A stretch of 64,000 bases of DNA, taken from contig CAMNFC010000001.1 in NCBI GenBank assembly GCA_946536925.1, forward strand, positions 4,064 to 68,063, read 5' to 3'. The notes under the pieces were generated by a model. That model saw only the letters and a program-made list of their open reading frames with translations, was not told where the DNA came from and ran no database searches. Below, one piece after another: positions 1 to 9,495 of the stretch. Both the position numbers and the translations under genes were made by a program. The first letter of the stretch is position 1, and every line of letters begins with the position of its first letter. Source of the stretch: an uncultured Selenomonadales bacterium. Its GTDB lineage: Bacteria; Bacillota; Negativicutes; Selenomonadales; Selenomonadaceae.

Positions 1-1258
1 TTTCGTAGTAGCCGCCCTTGGGCAATTTTTCCGTAACTTTTTCACCGTGCGCGTCGATGAACCAGGCCGTGCGACAAACAGCGTCAGGGAAACGGCTTTG
101 ATTGTGATAGTCGTCCTCCACGAGATAATATTTCCCTTTGATGCGCCAAGATTCGCGGGCACCGAGCATGGCGGCTTCGCGGCTGATGAACGCGTTCTCG
201 AAGCCGGGCAAATGTTTAATCAAGTAGCGTGCGATGTTCCTCATCATTTTGCGGCCGAAGGTGACGGCTTTGGAATAGCTCAGCGGGTCGGTCGCAGAAA
301 ATTTCACGGGGATTTCGGGGCAATTCATGCTCATCACGCCGTTTTTGCCGATGATTGTGTAGCCTTGCATGTATTCGGCTTCTTCTTGAGTGAGTTCGCC
401 CGTTTCCACGCCGCGCGCCATAAAATCTTCCAGCTTGTAGCGTTGTTTGCGGTGCATGGCTTCGGCGATTTCAAAATACGGCAACTTGGATTTGCACCAA
501 TCTTCTTTGAGTTCGACAGCGACATATTGATAAAGTTTTTCCGTGTCGATACCGCCCATCTCGAAGCGGAAGCTCAGCGGCTGATTGTTGCCGGTCTTCT
601 CATAGCCGCGTTCAAAGTCGACACCCGCATTTCTGGCAAGGTAAGCGTCGCCCGTCGCGTCGATGAAAGTTTTGGCTTTGACAGCCGCGAGCCCCGCAAT
701 CGTCTGGACGATGACCGCAGAAATTTTTTTGTTCAGAGCAAGAGAATCAACTACAACCGTTTGGTAAAGAATGTTAACGCCGGCCTCTTCGCACATCTCG
801 TCGTGAATCAGCGCGAGCGTTTCGGGGTTGTGCCACGTCTGCCACGTCACGCCGTCGAAAGGATCAATGCCGTGTGCGCGGAGCCTTTGCTTGAGCTCGG
901 TGACGTAAGGCGTGTCTGCATCGGGTGCGTGCGGATCCATGAACGGATAGACGCAACCCAAAACTCCCAAGCCGCCGAGCGCAACTCCGCGTTCAATCAA
1001 AACGACTTTGACGCCTTGACGCGCCGCGTTGACAGCAGCCGCCGTGCCCGAAGGTCCTCCGCCGCAAATGCAAACGTCAGCCGAACACAGCACGGGAATT
1101 TTTTTCCCCGCGTATTTAATCGTGTCGCCCGAATTTTTTTCGACAGCCTCCACACGATTTAATTCGTTCGAGCCGCTCAAGACGACACCGGCCGCCGTCA
1201 CGCCCGCAAGCTTTAACAAATCGCGCCGAGAGATCGGAAGGGAAAAACTTTGCGCCAT
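1..1258 (-). CDS. FAD-dependent oxidoreductase with twin-arginine signal; 3' end lies outside the window
   Basis: The minus frame is open from the ATG at 1258 to the window edge, so it has no stop and is absent from the ORF track. The N-terminus MAQSFSLPISRRDLLKLAGVTAAG is a Tat-type signal. CGGGPSGTAAA is a dinucleotide-binding motif. A GAGG RBS lies upstream. The listed 47..1162 + ORF is its antisense shadow. Confidence 0.75.
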   Translation of the reverse strand, partial: MAQSFSLPISRRDLLKLAGVTAAGVVLSGSNELNRVEAVEKNSGDTIKYAGKKIPVLCSADVCICGGGPSGTAAAVNAARQGVKVVLIERGVALGGLGVLGCVYPFMDPHAPDADTPYVTELKQRLRAHGIDPFDGVTWQTWHNPETLALIHDEMCEEAGVNILYQTVVVDSLALNKKISAVIVQTIAGLAAVKAKTFIDATGDAYLARNAGVDFERGYEKTGNNQPLSFRFEMGGIDTEKLYQYVAVELKEDWCKSKLPYFEIAEAMHRKQRYKLEDFMARGVETGELTQEEAEYMQGYTIIGKNGVMSMNCPEIPVKFSATDPLSYSKAVTFGRKMMRNIARYLIKHLPGFENAFISREAAMLGARESWRIKGKYYLVEDDYHNQSRFPDAVCRTAWFIDAHGEKVTEKLPKGGYYE

Positions 1259-1280
1259 GATTCTTTACCTCAAAAAAAAT

Positions 1281-3209
1281 TTACTCGTCGTGTTTGAAGA
1301 GCACGTAAGTCAGCGCGAAGCCGACGGCAAATGCGATTACGTTAACAATGATGTATTGGACGATTTGACCGTTCATGTAAAGGAGCATGCCGGGCAGAAC
1401 CGTGATGCCCATGCCGGTGCCGGCCAAGCCAAGGAAGCTGGAGACTGCACCGCCGGCCGCGCCGCCCACGCAACCGAACATGAAGGGCTTCATCAAGCGC
1501 AGGTTGATACCGAAGATTGCGGGCTCGGTGATGCCCAAGAACGCCGGAACCGTCGAGGAGATGTAGAGCGCACGTTTACGCGGGTCTTGAGTTTTGAGAG
1601 AAACAGCCAAAGCCGCACCGCCCTGAGCAATCGTCGCGCAGGTGATAATCGCGTTGAACGGGTCGGAGCCCTGAGTCGAGAGCAAATAAATTTCCAACGC
1701 GCTGAAGACGTGGTGCACGCCGAAGATAACGATGACTTGTTGCAAGCCGCCGATAATCAAGCCGCCCACGACCGGAATCGTCAAGAAGTTTTGAACCGCG
1801 CCAAAGACGATGGATTCCAAACCGTGCATGATCGGGCCGACAACGAGGAAGCCCAGAGCCATTGAGACTGTCAACGTGAGGAACGGAGTAACGATGAGGT
1901 CAATCATATCGGGGATAAAAGTTTTCAAGAATTGCTGGAATTTGGCTGCGAAGATACCTAAAACGAGTGCGGGAAGAACCGAACCTTGATAGCCGACGAG
2001 CGGAATTGTCACGAAGCCCAAATCGAGCGGGATAGGAGTTTTCCCTGCGTATTCGGGCAAAGCGGACGCCTCTACCCACGTGAGACCTTTTTCAGCGATT
2101 TCTGCTGCCGCACCACCGACTACGTACGCATTGGGCAGGCCGGGGAAGACGAGCATCAAACCAAGAACGATACCGATAACAGCTGTGCCGCCGAATTTGT
2201 TCATCGTCGACCAGCAGACCAACGCCGGCAAGAAAGCAAACGCCGTATCAGTCAAAACTTGAGTCATCAAAAGGAAGTTGGGATCCCATTCGCTGCCCAT
2301 TGAAAGGATGGCACCGCGGCAACCCATGAAAAGACCTGTCGCAACGAGAACGGGGATAATCGGGACGAAGACGTCGCCGAGCGTACGAGAAATTTTTTGC
2401 ATCAAACTCATTTCGGCGTAAGCAGCTTCTTTGCCGCCGCCGCCCGCCAGTGCCGGTTTGAGCTTGATGAATTCCTCCGTGACTTTGTCGACGAAGCCCG
2501 TGCCGCAGATAATTTGATACTGTTGAGCCGCGAAGAACTGACCTTTGACGCCTTCGATGTTCTCAATCTTTTTCTCTTGAATCTTCGACTTGTCGTTGAC
2601 GATGAGGCGCAGACGCGTGGCGCAGTGTTCGGCCGTGCGTACGTTGTCGGGGCCGCCGACGTAGTGCATAATAGACTTTGCAACGCGTTCCGCATCGGGC
2701 AATCCCGCAAACTGCTTAATGACATCGTCATCTTCAACGGGGCCGGCAGCGGCTGCTTCTTCAGCTGCTGCTTTGGCCGTGACTTCTTGGCCGTCGAGTT
2801 CGACCGTGATGTCGCCGAATTCCGCGTGGTTGGTGACGACAACCGGGGTCGTCGTCTCGAAGCCGGCCTTTTTGATTGCTTCGGGGCTGAATTCAAGCAG
2901 GAGCTGGCCGCGTTTGATTTTGTCGCCCGCCTCTGCTTTCGGCGTGAAGCCCTCGCCGTTCATTTTGACGGTGTCCATGCCGACGTGAATCAGCAATTCG
3001 ATACCGTCATCCGATTTGAGACCGATTGCGTGCCCGGTGGGGAAGAAGACAGTTATCTCGCCGTCGAACGGAGAGAAGACCTGCCCTTTCGGATCCTGGA
3101 CGGCAACGCCGCGTCCCATTGCGCCGCTCGCGAAAACGGGGTCGTTGATCGAATTCAACGGTACCAACTTGCCGCTCAGCGGGCTGCTTATTCGGATGTC
3201 CTTTGCCAT
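1281..3209 (-). CDS. PTS sugar transporter, fused EIIA(Glc)-EIIB-EIIC (beta-glucoside/sucrose family)
   Basis: The N-terminus has an EIIA-Glc fold (GHAIGL, HVGMDTV). The EIIB cysteine motif is CATRLRL. The C-terminal EIIC has GYQGSVLP and ITEPAIFGINL. I chose the ATG at 3209 (MAKD) because GGAGGG lies 11 nt upstream; the track start at 3221 is a GTG inside that RBS. Confidence 0.9.
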   Translation of the reverse strand: MAKDIRISSPLSGKLVPLNSINDPVFASGAMGRGVAVQDPKGQVFSPFDGEITVFFPTGHAIGLKSDDGIELLIHVGMDTVKMNGEGFTPKAEAGDKIKRGQLLLEFSPEAIKKAGFETTTPVVVTNHAEFGDITVELDGQEVTAKAAAEEAAAAGPVEDDDVIKQFAGLPDAERVAKSIMHYVGGPDNVRTAEHCATRLRLIVNDKSKIQEKKIENIEGVKGQFFAAQQYQIICGTGFVDKVTEEFIKLKPALAGGGGKEAAYAEMSLMQKISRTLGDVFVPIIPVLVATGLFMGCRGAILSMGSEWDPNFLLMTQVLTDTAFAFLPALVCWSTMNKFGGTAVIGIVLGLMLVFPGLPNAYVVGGAAAEIAEKGLTWVEASALPEYAGKTPIPLDLGFVTIPLVGYQGSVLPALVLGIFAAKFQQFLKTFIPDMIDLIVTPFLTLTVSMALGFLVVGPIMHGLESIVFGAVQNFLTIPVVGGLIIGGLQQVIVIFGVHHVFSALEIYLLSTQGSDPFNAIITCATIAQGGAALAVSLKTQDPRKRALYISSTVPAFLGITEPAIFGINLRLMKPFMFGCVGGAAGGAVSSFLGLAGTGMGITVLPGMLLYMNGQIVQYIIVNVIAFAVGFALTYVLFKHDE

Positions 3210-3269
3210 AAAAAACCACACCCTCCTAGATTTAAAAACCCTAAAAAAAATTATGCGTGAAGCTGTCTA

Positions 3270-3298
3270 ATTATACTTTTAGAAAATTCAATCGTCAA
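3270..3298 (-). promoter_or_regulatory. sigma70-type promoter for the PTS operon
   Basis: On the minus strand this reads TTGACG, 17 nt, TATAAT, about 60 nt upstream of the PTS start. Confidence 0.5.
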
Positions 3299-3339
3299 TG
3301 ACAAAAAAATTTTTTCTTAAAGGCCGCTTCAATCTTTGC

Positions 3340-3367
3340 TTGACAAGCGGGCAAAACTCAATAAGAT
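3340..3367 (+). promoter_or_regulatory. sigma70-type promoter for the acyltransferase gene
   Basis: TTGACA, 16 nt, TAAGAT, about 40 nt upstream of the TTG start at 3406. Confidence 0.45.
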
Positions 3368-3405
3368 AAAAATGCTTTTCAATCTGATTCGGAAGGAAAA
3401 TTATT

Positions 3406-4464
3406 TTGAAACCGTGGCTCGATTCAATTGAATACATTCGCGGCGTGTCCATGGCGGGCGTCGTGGCAATTCACATCGGCTCGCAATATCTGCTCAACCC
3501 CACGCCAAATATTCATCTCGTCGCGCTGTTTGAAGTCGTCAGCCGCTTCAGCGTCCCGATTTTCTTTTTCATCTCCGCGTTCGGGTTATTTTATCGCATG
3601 GATTTTTCCGAGGCGTTCGATTACAAAAAATTTTTGCGCCGAAGATTCAAGGCCGTGCTCATTCCGTATCTGCTCTGGTCGACGTTCTATCTTTTGCACG
3701 ACAATTTTTTTTACGGCTATCAACTTTTCCCTGACCTTGATTACGCGGCGGAAATTTATTTCTTCGGGCTGGCGAAATATCATCTGTACTTCCTCGTGAT
3801 TCTGATTTGGTTTTATCTTTTGATGCCGCTGTGGATTTTTTTCGTCCGACGAATGACGCCCGCGAAATTATTTTTGCTGCTGATTGCTCAGGTCGCGTTC
3901 GATTTTTGGTCGAGCTACTGCGCGGGTCAATCGGAAAATCTTTTCATGAAGTGGCGGCTCAACTGGTTCGTGGGTCATTACGTTTTCGTGTTCGTCTTGG
4001 GCGGCGTGTTGGGCGTTCACTCTCAAAAATTTTTCGCGTGGTGCGAGGCTCGAAAAAAAATTGTCGGCGCAACTTTTTTCGTCGCGCTGACAACTTTGCT
4101 CGGCTGGTATTATTTTTTGATCCTCGTGAAAAATTTTTCGGCGGAAGCGGCGGTCAACACGGCTCATCAACTTTCGCCGCCCGGAATTTTTTACACGGTC
4201 GCCGCGTCGATTTTTTTGTTCACGATTTTTCAATTCGGAAAGATTCCCGCGCCGCTGAAAAAATTTTTGAGCCTGCTGGGAAAAAATTCGTACTTCGTGT
4301 ATCTGACTCACCCGTTCGCGATTCATTATCTCGCACTAATTTTGGGCAAGCTCGGATTCATCATGACGGCACCGATCGCGCTGATTTTTTACGTCGTGAC
4401 GCTCGCGCTGACTTTGGCCGTCAAAATTCTCCCGCAGAAATTTTTTCCAACATCCCGACGATAA
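3406..4464 (+). CDS. Membrane acyltransferase family 3 (O-acyltransferase)
   Basis: About 10 predicted TM helices. The N-terminal motif IEYIRGVSMAGVVAIHIG is typical of Acyltransferase_3. TTG start. The 3' end overlaps convergent pepD by 44 nt. Confidence 0.7.
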   Translation: MKPWLDSIEYIRGVSMAGVVAIHIGSQYLLNPTPNIHLVALFEVVSRFSVPIFFFISAFGLFYRMDFSEAFDYKKFLRRRFKAVLIPYLLWSTFYLLHDNFFYGYQLFPDLDYAAEIYFFGLAKYHLYFLVILIWFYLLMPLWIFFVRRMTPAKLFLLLIAQVAFDFWSSYCAGQSENLFMKWRLNWFVGHYVFVFVLGGVLGVHSQKFFAWCEARKKIVGATFFVALTTLLGWYYFLILVKNFSAEAAVNTAHQLSPPGIFYTVAASIFLFTIFQFGKIPAPLKKFLSLLGKNSYFVYLTHPFAIHYLALILGKLGFIMTAPIALIFYVVTLALTLAVKILPQKFFPTSRR

Positions 4465-5905
4465 ATTTCACGTGCGGGGCGACGGTCTCCAGGTGAAGTC
4501 GTTCGTTGGGGCTGTGAATATTTTCGTTCGTCGTGCCGATTGAAATTATGTCGAGCGCGGGATTTTTTTTGATGAAGCAGCTCGTCTCCAGCCCGACGTG
4601 AACCGTTTTGATTTCGGGCGCGAAATTATTTTGCTCCGTGAAAATTTTTTCGGCCAGCTTTGAAAGTTTGCTGTCGGGGTTGAAAATCCAGGCGGGCGTC
4701 GGCTCGGAAAATTTACTTTCGAAGGCGCAAAGTTTGGCGGCCTGCTCGAAGCCCTCCACAAATTCGTCAAGCAGTTCTTCGGCGTTGGCTCGCGGATAAA
4801 GTTTCAGCTCGACGATTTGGTCGTCCATGCGCACGATTCCCAAGTTCGCCGAAGCCAAAACCTGCGCGGGATTTTCGGGCGACATGACATAGACGCCGCT
4901 GTGAATGAGCTCGATAAAAGTTGTGAGCAAATCGTAATCTTTGGCGTGCAAAACTTTGTCGGGGCGTTTGATAACTTTGGTTTCGATTTTCAAATTCGGT
5001 TCGGTCGCGCCGTAAACATTTTTGATACGCTGCTCGACTTGGGCGCAAACATTTTCGACGGCGGCTGGTTTCAAATCAGTTGCGATGGCAAAAGTCGCGC
5101 TGCTCGGAATGACGTTGAAGGCTCGGCCTCCGCTCAAATATGACAGGCGAATTTTTCCGTGCTTGGTTATCGCCCGCATAATTTTCACGGCGAGCTTGAG
5201 GGCGTTGACGCGGCCGGAAGAAATTTCAATGCCCGAATGACCGCCGCGCAGCCCGACGATTTTTATTTCCATGTTCGTGCCAAGTTTCGTGTCGGGGCGG
5301 ACGTAATGAAGTTCGCGCCAAAAATTCACGTGGACGCCGCCCGCGCAACCCGCCACGATTTCGCCGAAATTTTCCGAGTCGCAGTTGATGAAAAATTTTG
5401 CGTCGCCGAGAAATTTTTTGTCGAGATTTTTTGCGCCGCTCATGCCTTGTTCTTCGTCGACCGTGAAAATAAATCTGAGCGCACCGTGGTCGAAAGCGTC
5501 AAGATTTTTGGCGAGGAAGAGAATTTCCGCCACACCGATTCCGTCGTCCGCACCGAGGCTCGTGCCTTCCGCCGTCAAAAATTTTTCGCCGCGAATCAAT
5601 TTTATGGCGTCCTTGGTCGGCTCGAAGGCGTAACCTTCTTCCGCCACGCAAACCATATCCATATGCGCCTGCAAAATCGTCAGCGGGGAATTTTCTTTGC
5701 CGGGGCTCGCGGGTGCTTCGGCGACGATATTTTTAAATTTGTCCTGCACGACGCGCAGACCTTGCTCCTCGAAAAACTTCTTCAAAAAATTGCTGACTTG
5801 TTCCTCGTGCTTGGACGGGCGCGGAATCTCCGCCAGCTTTGCAAATTCTTCAAGCACGCCGGTCAAAATTTTTTCGGCAGCCTGCTTTAAAATTTTCTCG
5901 CTCAT
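4421..5905 (-). CDS. pepD: Aminoacyl-histidine (Xaa-His) dipeptidase, M20 family
   Basis: 494 aa. The N-terminus EFAKLAEIPRPSKHEE ... LQAHMDMVC and the later GADDGIGVA and FTVDEEQGMSGA match PepD metal-binding motifs. Confidence 0.85.
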   Translation of the reverse strand: MSEKILKQAAEKILTGVLEEFAKLAEIPRPSKHEEQVSNFLKKFFEEQGLRVVQDKFKNIVAEAPASPGKENSPLTILQAHMDMVCVAEEGYAFEPTKDAIKLIRGEKFLTAEGTSLGADDGIGVAEILFLAKNLDAFDHGALRFIFTVDEEQGMSGAKNLDKKFLGDAKFFINCDSENFGEIVAGCAGGVHVNFWRELHYVRPDTKLGTNMEIKIVGLRGGHSGIEISSGRVNALKLAVKIMRAITKHGKIRLSYLSGGRAFNVIPSSATFAIATDLKPAAVENVCAQVEQRIKNVYGATEPNLKIETKVIKRPDKVLHAKDYDLLTTFIELIHSGVYVMSPENPAQVLASANLGIVRMDDQIVELKLYPRANAEELLDEFVEGFEQAAKLCAFESKFSEPTPAWIFNPDSKLSKLAEKIFTEQNNFAPEIKTVHVGLETSCFIKKNPALDIISIGTTNENIHSPNERLHLETVAPHVKFIVGMLEKISAGEF

Positions 5906-5973
5906 TAATCATTACTCCAATCTGTCCGTTATCCAATGCTGATTAATTCGGCCAATCGGGAAAAAATCCTGCG

Positions 5974-6002
5974 TTGTAGAAATTTCGCCGCCGTGATAAA
6001 AT
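5974..6002 (+). promoter_or_regulatory. sigma70-type promoter for the NYN-thyX operon
   Basis: TTGTAG, 17 nt, TAAAAT. It is followed by a GAAAGGAG RBS and the TTG start at 6028. Confidence 0.4.
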
Positions 6003-6027
6003 TATCGCGTCGGAAAGGAGTTTAAAT

Positions 6028-7767
6028 TTGATCGCACATGTTTTCGTTGACGCAGAAAATATTCCGCCGTCGGTCACCTTCAAAGTCGTCGAACATTTCG
6101 GCAAAGAGCACACGATAACCCGCGTCGACATCATCGCCAAAGAAGACACGTTGCCGGCCAAATATCGCGGCCTGGACAAAAAAATTTTTCGCGTGCAAAA
6201 TTGTTTCTACGGGAAAAATTCTGCCGACACGTGGCTTTGCTTCGAGATAGTTCGCGCCATCATCGACGAGCCCGAACTTGAACTGATTATCATCGTTTCC
6301 AGCGACAAAGATTTTCTTCCCGCGATAAAATTCGCCGCGGACTTCGACAAAAAAATTTTGATCGTCTCCAATGGCGCGGGTCACAAAACTTTGACCGAGC
6401 AGCTGAAAATTTTGGGCGTGGAGCCGGCCGCCGTCGAGCTCAAAGATTTCCGCGTGAATTTCGGCGCGTCCGAGAAGCTGGAAAAAATTTTGCCGCAACT
6501 GAGTTTCATGACGAAAAAATTTCTCTTCGAGCGCGAGGAGCAAATAAAATTCATCCTCGTCAAGCGCGACGAAAAATTTTTTGAAATGCCGTTCGTGCCG
6601 GGCATGAGCGTTCAAATGTTCGCCAGAATTTTGCGGGAGCTGAATATTTTTTTCGACGGCAGCGCGGTGAAAAATTTCATCGCCGAAAATTTTTTGAGAG
6701 TCGCGCGGAACAAAATTTTTTTCCAAACCGAGACGGAACTTTCGGAGCCAACGCCCGCCGAAGAGATCGAAAAATTTTTTTCGGAGCACGCGCAAGACAC
6801 GATAAAAATTTTCGTCAAGCAGAATTCGCGGCTGCACGAAATCCCTTTTGCGGACGGAATGCCCCTGGAACTTTTCGGGAAACTTTTGCGCGAGAAAAAA
6901 ATTATCGGCAAGGGAGCCTCGCCCGCACAGACCGCCGCAAAAAATTTGCTCAAAATCCGCGACGAAAAAGTTTTCCTGTGCAACGACGAGGAACAGCGCG
7001 CGGCCTTCGCAGACACGATTCAAAACGTCGAAGAATTTTTCAGCTTCCACGCGGGCAACGTCAAAAATATTTTGCTCAAGCACGCAAACAAAATTTTCGA
7101 GGTGCCCTTCGTCGACGGAATCAGATTGGAACTTTTCGGGAAACTTTTGCGCGAAAAAAATATCATCGGCAAGAGCACTTCCGCAACCGGCGTCGCCAAG
7201 AAAAATTTTTTGGACGTGCGCGACGGAAAAGTTTTCCTGTACGACGAAGACCGCCTGGCCGAACTTTACGCCGAGGCCACGGGCGACCTGGCCGCTTATT
7301 TCGACCGGCACGACAAAAAAAATATTTTCGTCAAGTTCAACGGAAAACTTTTTGAAATTCCCTTCGCCGACGCCATGCCGCTCAAACTCTTTGAAAAAAT
7401 TTTGCGCGAGAAAAAAATTATCGGGCGCAATTCTTCGGCGGTCAAAGTCGCGGCGCAAAGTTTGTTGGACGTGCGCGACGATAGAGTTTTTTTTATTCCC
7501 GAAGACGAGCTGGCCGCCGCGCAGGACGATTTGGAATTCGACGTCGACGATTTTTTCAACGAGCACGCGCTGCAAATAAAATCGATTTCGATCCGCCGCT
7601 ACGAAAAAATTTTTGACTTGCCGTTCGTGGAGGGAATGCCGCTGAAAATTTTCGGGAAACTTTTGCGCGAACGGAAAATCATCGACAGAAAAATTTCGGC
7701 GGAAAAAATCGTGGCGGAAAACAAACTCGAACTTCGCGGCGAAAAAATTTTTCTTGAGGAGGATTAA
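6028..7767 (+). CDS. NYN/LabA-like (PIN-fold) nuclease domain protein with five tandem ~85-aa C-terminal repeats
   Basis: The N-terminal ~130 aa (VFVDAENIP ... IIIVSSDKDFLPAIK ... ILIVSNG) matches the NYN/LabA acidic-residue pattern. It is followed by 5 diverged repeats of the form IFVK-x5-IFEIPFADGMPLELFGKLLREKKIIGK-x9-AKNLLDVRD-x-KVFL. Confidence 0.7.
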   Translation: MIAHVFVDAENIPPSVTFKVVEHFGKEHTITRVDIIAKEDTLPAKYRGLDKKIFRVQNCFYGKNSADTWLCFEIVRAIIDEPELELIIIVSSDKDFLPAIKFAADFDKKILIVSNGAGHKTLTEQLKILGVEPAAVELKDFRVNFGASEKLEKILPQLSFMTKKFLFEREEQIKFILVKRDEKFFEMPFVPGMSVQMFARILRELNIFFDGSAVKNFIAENFLRVARNKIFFQTETELSEPTPAEEIEKFFSEHAQDTIKIFVKQNSRLHEIPFADGMPLELFGKLLREKKIIGKGASPAQTAAKNLLKIRDEKVFLCNDEEQRAAFADTIQNVEEFFSFHAGNVKNILLKHANKIFEVPFVDGIRLELFGKLLREKNIIGKSTSATGVAKKNFLDVRDGKVFLYDEDRLAELYAEATGDLAAYFDRHDKKNIFVKFNGKLFEIPFADAMPLKLFEKILREKKIIGRNSSAVKVAAQSLLDVRDDRVFFIPEDELAAAQDDLEFDVDDFFNEHALQIKSISIRRYEKIFDLPFVEGMPLKIFGKLLRERKIIDRKISAEKIVAENKLELRGEKIFLEED

Positions 7768-7768
7768 A

Positions 7769-8392
7769 ATGAAAATCATCGAGCCGAGCGTTGAGCTTGC
7801 AGAGGATTTCGACGGTGCGGCCGTCATGAAAAAGTTGGAGCGGGCGGGTCGCGTCTGCTACAAATCCGAAGTCAACATCACAGCCGACAGCGCGGAAAAA
7901 TTTCTTCGCGGCGTCATCAAACGTGGCCACGAATCGGTCATCGAGCACGCGAGCGTTTCTTTTAAAATCATTTGCGACCGCGGCGTCACCCACGAACTTG
8001 TCCGCCACCGTTTGGCCGGCTATTCGCAGGAGTCGACGAGATTTTGCGATTACACGGCGGGGAAATTCGGCGGCGAACTGACTTTCATCAAACCGTGCTT
8101 TTGGTCGGAAGACGACGAAAATTTTTTGCTGTGGAAGGAGACGATGGCTCGGCTTGAGAAAAATTATTTTGCGTTGAGACAAAACGGCGCGCGCCCCGAA
8201 GAAGCCCGCTCGATTCTGCCAAACTCTCTTAAGACGGAAATTTTCATGACGGCAAATCTTCGCGAGTGGCGGCACATTTTAAAATTGCGGACGGACAAGG
8301 CGGCTCATCCTCAAATGCGGGAGATCGCGCTGAAAATTTATAAAATCCTCGTCGAGAAATTGCCGGCTCTCTTCGACGACATCCGCCCGTGA
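7769..8392 (+). CDS. thyX: FAD-dependent thymidylate synthase
   Basis: ThyX signature RHRLAGYSQESTRF. The ATG at 7769 is preceded by GAGGAGG and lies 1 nt after the stop of the upstream gene. Confidence 0.9.
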   Translation: MKIIEPSVELAEDFDGAAVMKKLERAGRVCYKSEVNITADSAEKFLRGVIKRGHESVIEHASVSFKIICDRGVTHELVRHRLAGYSQESTRFCDYTAGKFGGELTFIKPCFWSEDDENFLLWKETMARLEKNYFALRQNGARPEEARSILPNSLKTEIFMTANLREWRHILKLRTDKAAHPQMREIALKIYKILVEKLPALFDDIRP

Positions 8393-8457
8393 AATTTTTT
8401 GACAATCGTCCTACGTTCAAATATAATTTAAAAAATTTTTTGAAGGGAGCCTTCGAC

Positions 8458-8901
8458 ATGAAAATCACAATCGGCAGCGACCACGGCGCAGTCGAGCTAA
8501 AAGAGGAAGTCAAAAAAGTTCTGGCGGAATTTGAAGGCGTCGAAGTCAAAGACGTTGGAACCTTCGGCACGGACAGCGTCGACTACCCCGACATTGCCGA
8601 AAAAGTTTGCGCGGACGTAACGAGCGGCCAATCCGACAGAGGAATTGTTCTTTGCGGCACGGGCATCGGAATTTCAATCGCCGCCAACAAAATCAACGGG
8701 ATTCGCTGCGCACTTTGCCACGACGTTTTCTCCGCCAAAAAAAGTCGCGAGCACAACGACGCAAATGTTTTGGCCATGGGCGGAAGAGTTATCGGCTTCG
8801 GCCCGGCGAGTGAAATTGTTCGCGCGTGGATGACGACGGATTTTGAAGGCGGCCGCCACGAACGCCGCGTCAATAAAATTATGGCTCTCGAAAAAAAATA
8901 A
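8458..8901 (+). CDS. rpiB: Ribose-5-phosphate isomerase B
   Basis: MKITIGSDHGAVELK ... GIVLCGTGIGISIAANK ... HNDANVLAMGGRV is the classic RpiB/LacAB pattern. The ATG at 8458 has a GAAGGGAG RBS. Confidence 0.9.
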   Translation: MKITIGSDHGAVELKEEVKKVLAEFEGVEVKDVGTFGTDSVDYPDIAEKVCADVTSGQSDRGIVLCGTGIGISIAANKINGIRCALCHDVFSAKKSREHNDANVLAMGGRVIGFGPASEIVRAWMTTDFEGGRHERRVNKIMALEKK

Positions 8902-8913
8902 GGAGCGGTCAAA

Positions 8914-9483
8914 ATGAAAATCGGAGTTCTCTCTGACACTCACGGCTATCACGAACGAGTAAAGCTGGCCTGTGAAAAATTTTTCAACGACGCAGATTTG
9001 ATTCTTCACGCGGGCGACGTCTGCTATCACGGCCCGAACAACCCCAATTATCGCGGCGACGATTACAACCCGAAAGCTCTGGCCAATTTTATCAACGCCT
9101 CGAAAATCCCGTTCGTCATCGCGCGCGGCAACGGTGACAGCGAAGTCGATCAGCTCGTCTTGGAAGTCCCCGTGTTGATCCCGTATGCTCACGTCTTCGC
9201 GGGCGGAAAAAGAATCGTCGTAAATCACGGGCACCTTCTGCCGACCGACGCCGACAAAGACAAAACTGCCAAAACTTTTCGCGCGGATATCTTCATCACC
9301 GGCCACATTCACAAACCCGTTTTGGAAAAGCGCGGCCAAACAATTTTCCTCAACCCCGGAACCGTCTCGCCGTATCTGACCAATCAGCCCGAAAAACGGA
9401 CGAGCATCGCGCTCATCACCGACGAAAAAATTCAAATCTTCGACCTGGACACCGACGAAATTTTCATGAGCTTGAACTTTTGA
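8914..9483 (+). CDS. YfcE/MJ0936-type metallophosphoesterase (phosphodiesterase)
   Basis: Calcineurin-like motifs: SDTHG, HAGD, GNGD, NHGH, GHIH. Confidence 0.8.
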   Translation: MKIGVLSDTHGYHERVKLACEKFFNDADLILHAGDVCYHGPNNPNYRGDDYNPKALANFINASKIPFVIARGNGDSEVDQLVLEVPVLIPYAHVFAGGKRIVVNHGHLLPTDADKDKTAKTFRADIFITGHIHKPVLEKRGQTIFLNPGTVSPYLTNQPEKRTSIALITDEKIQIFDLDTDEIFMSLNF

Positions 9484-9495
9484 GGAGAAATTTTT

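Noticed and set aside
47-1162. 371-aa plus-strand ORF at the left edge
   Set aside because: Low-complexity, Arg/Val/Phe-rich translation with no motifs. It is exactly antisense to a well-supported Tat-signal FAD oxidoreductase frame that runs off the window.
6022-7827. 601-aa minus-strand ORF
   Set aside because: Antisense shadow of the NYN-repeat gene. The translation is repetitive F/R/K-rich nonsense created by the stop-free AAAATTTT palindromes. It has no RBS and would overlap the thyX start.
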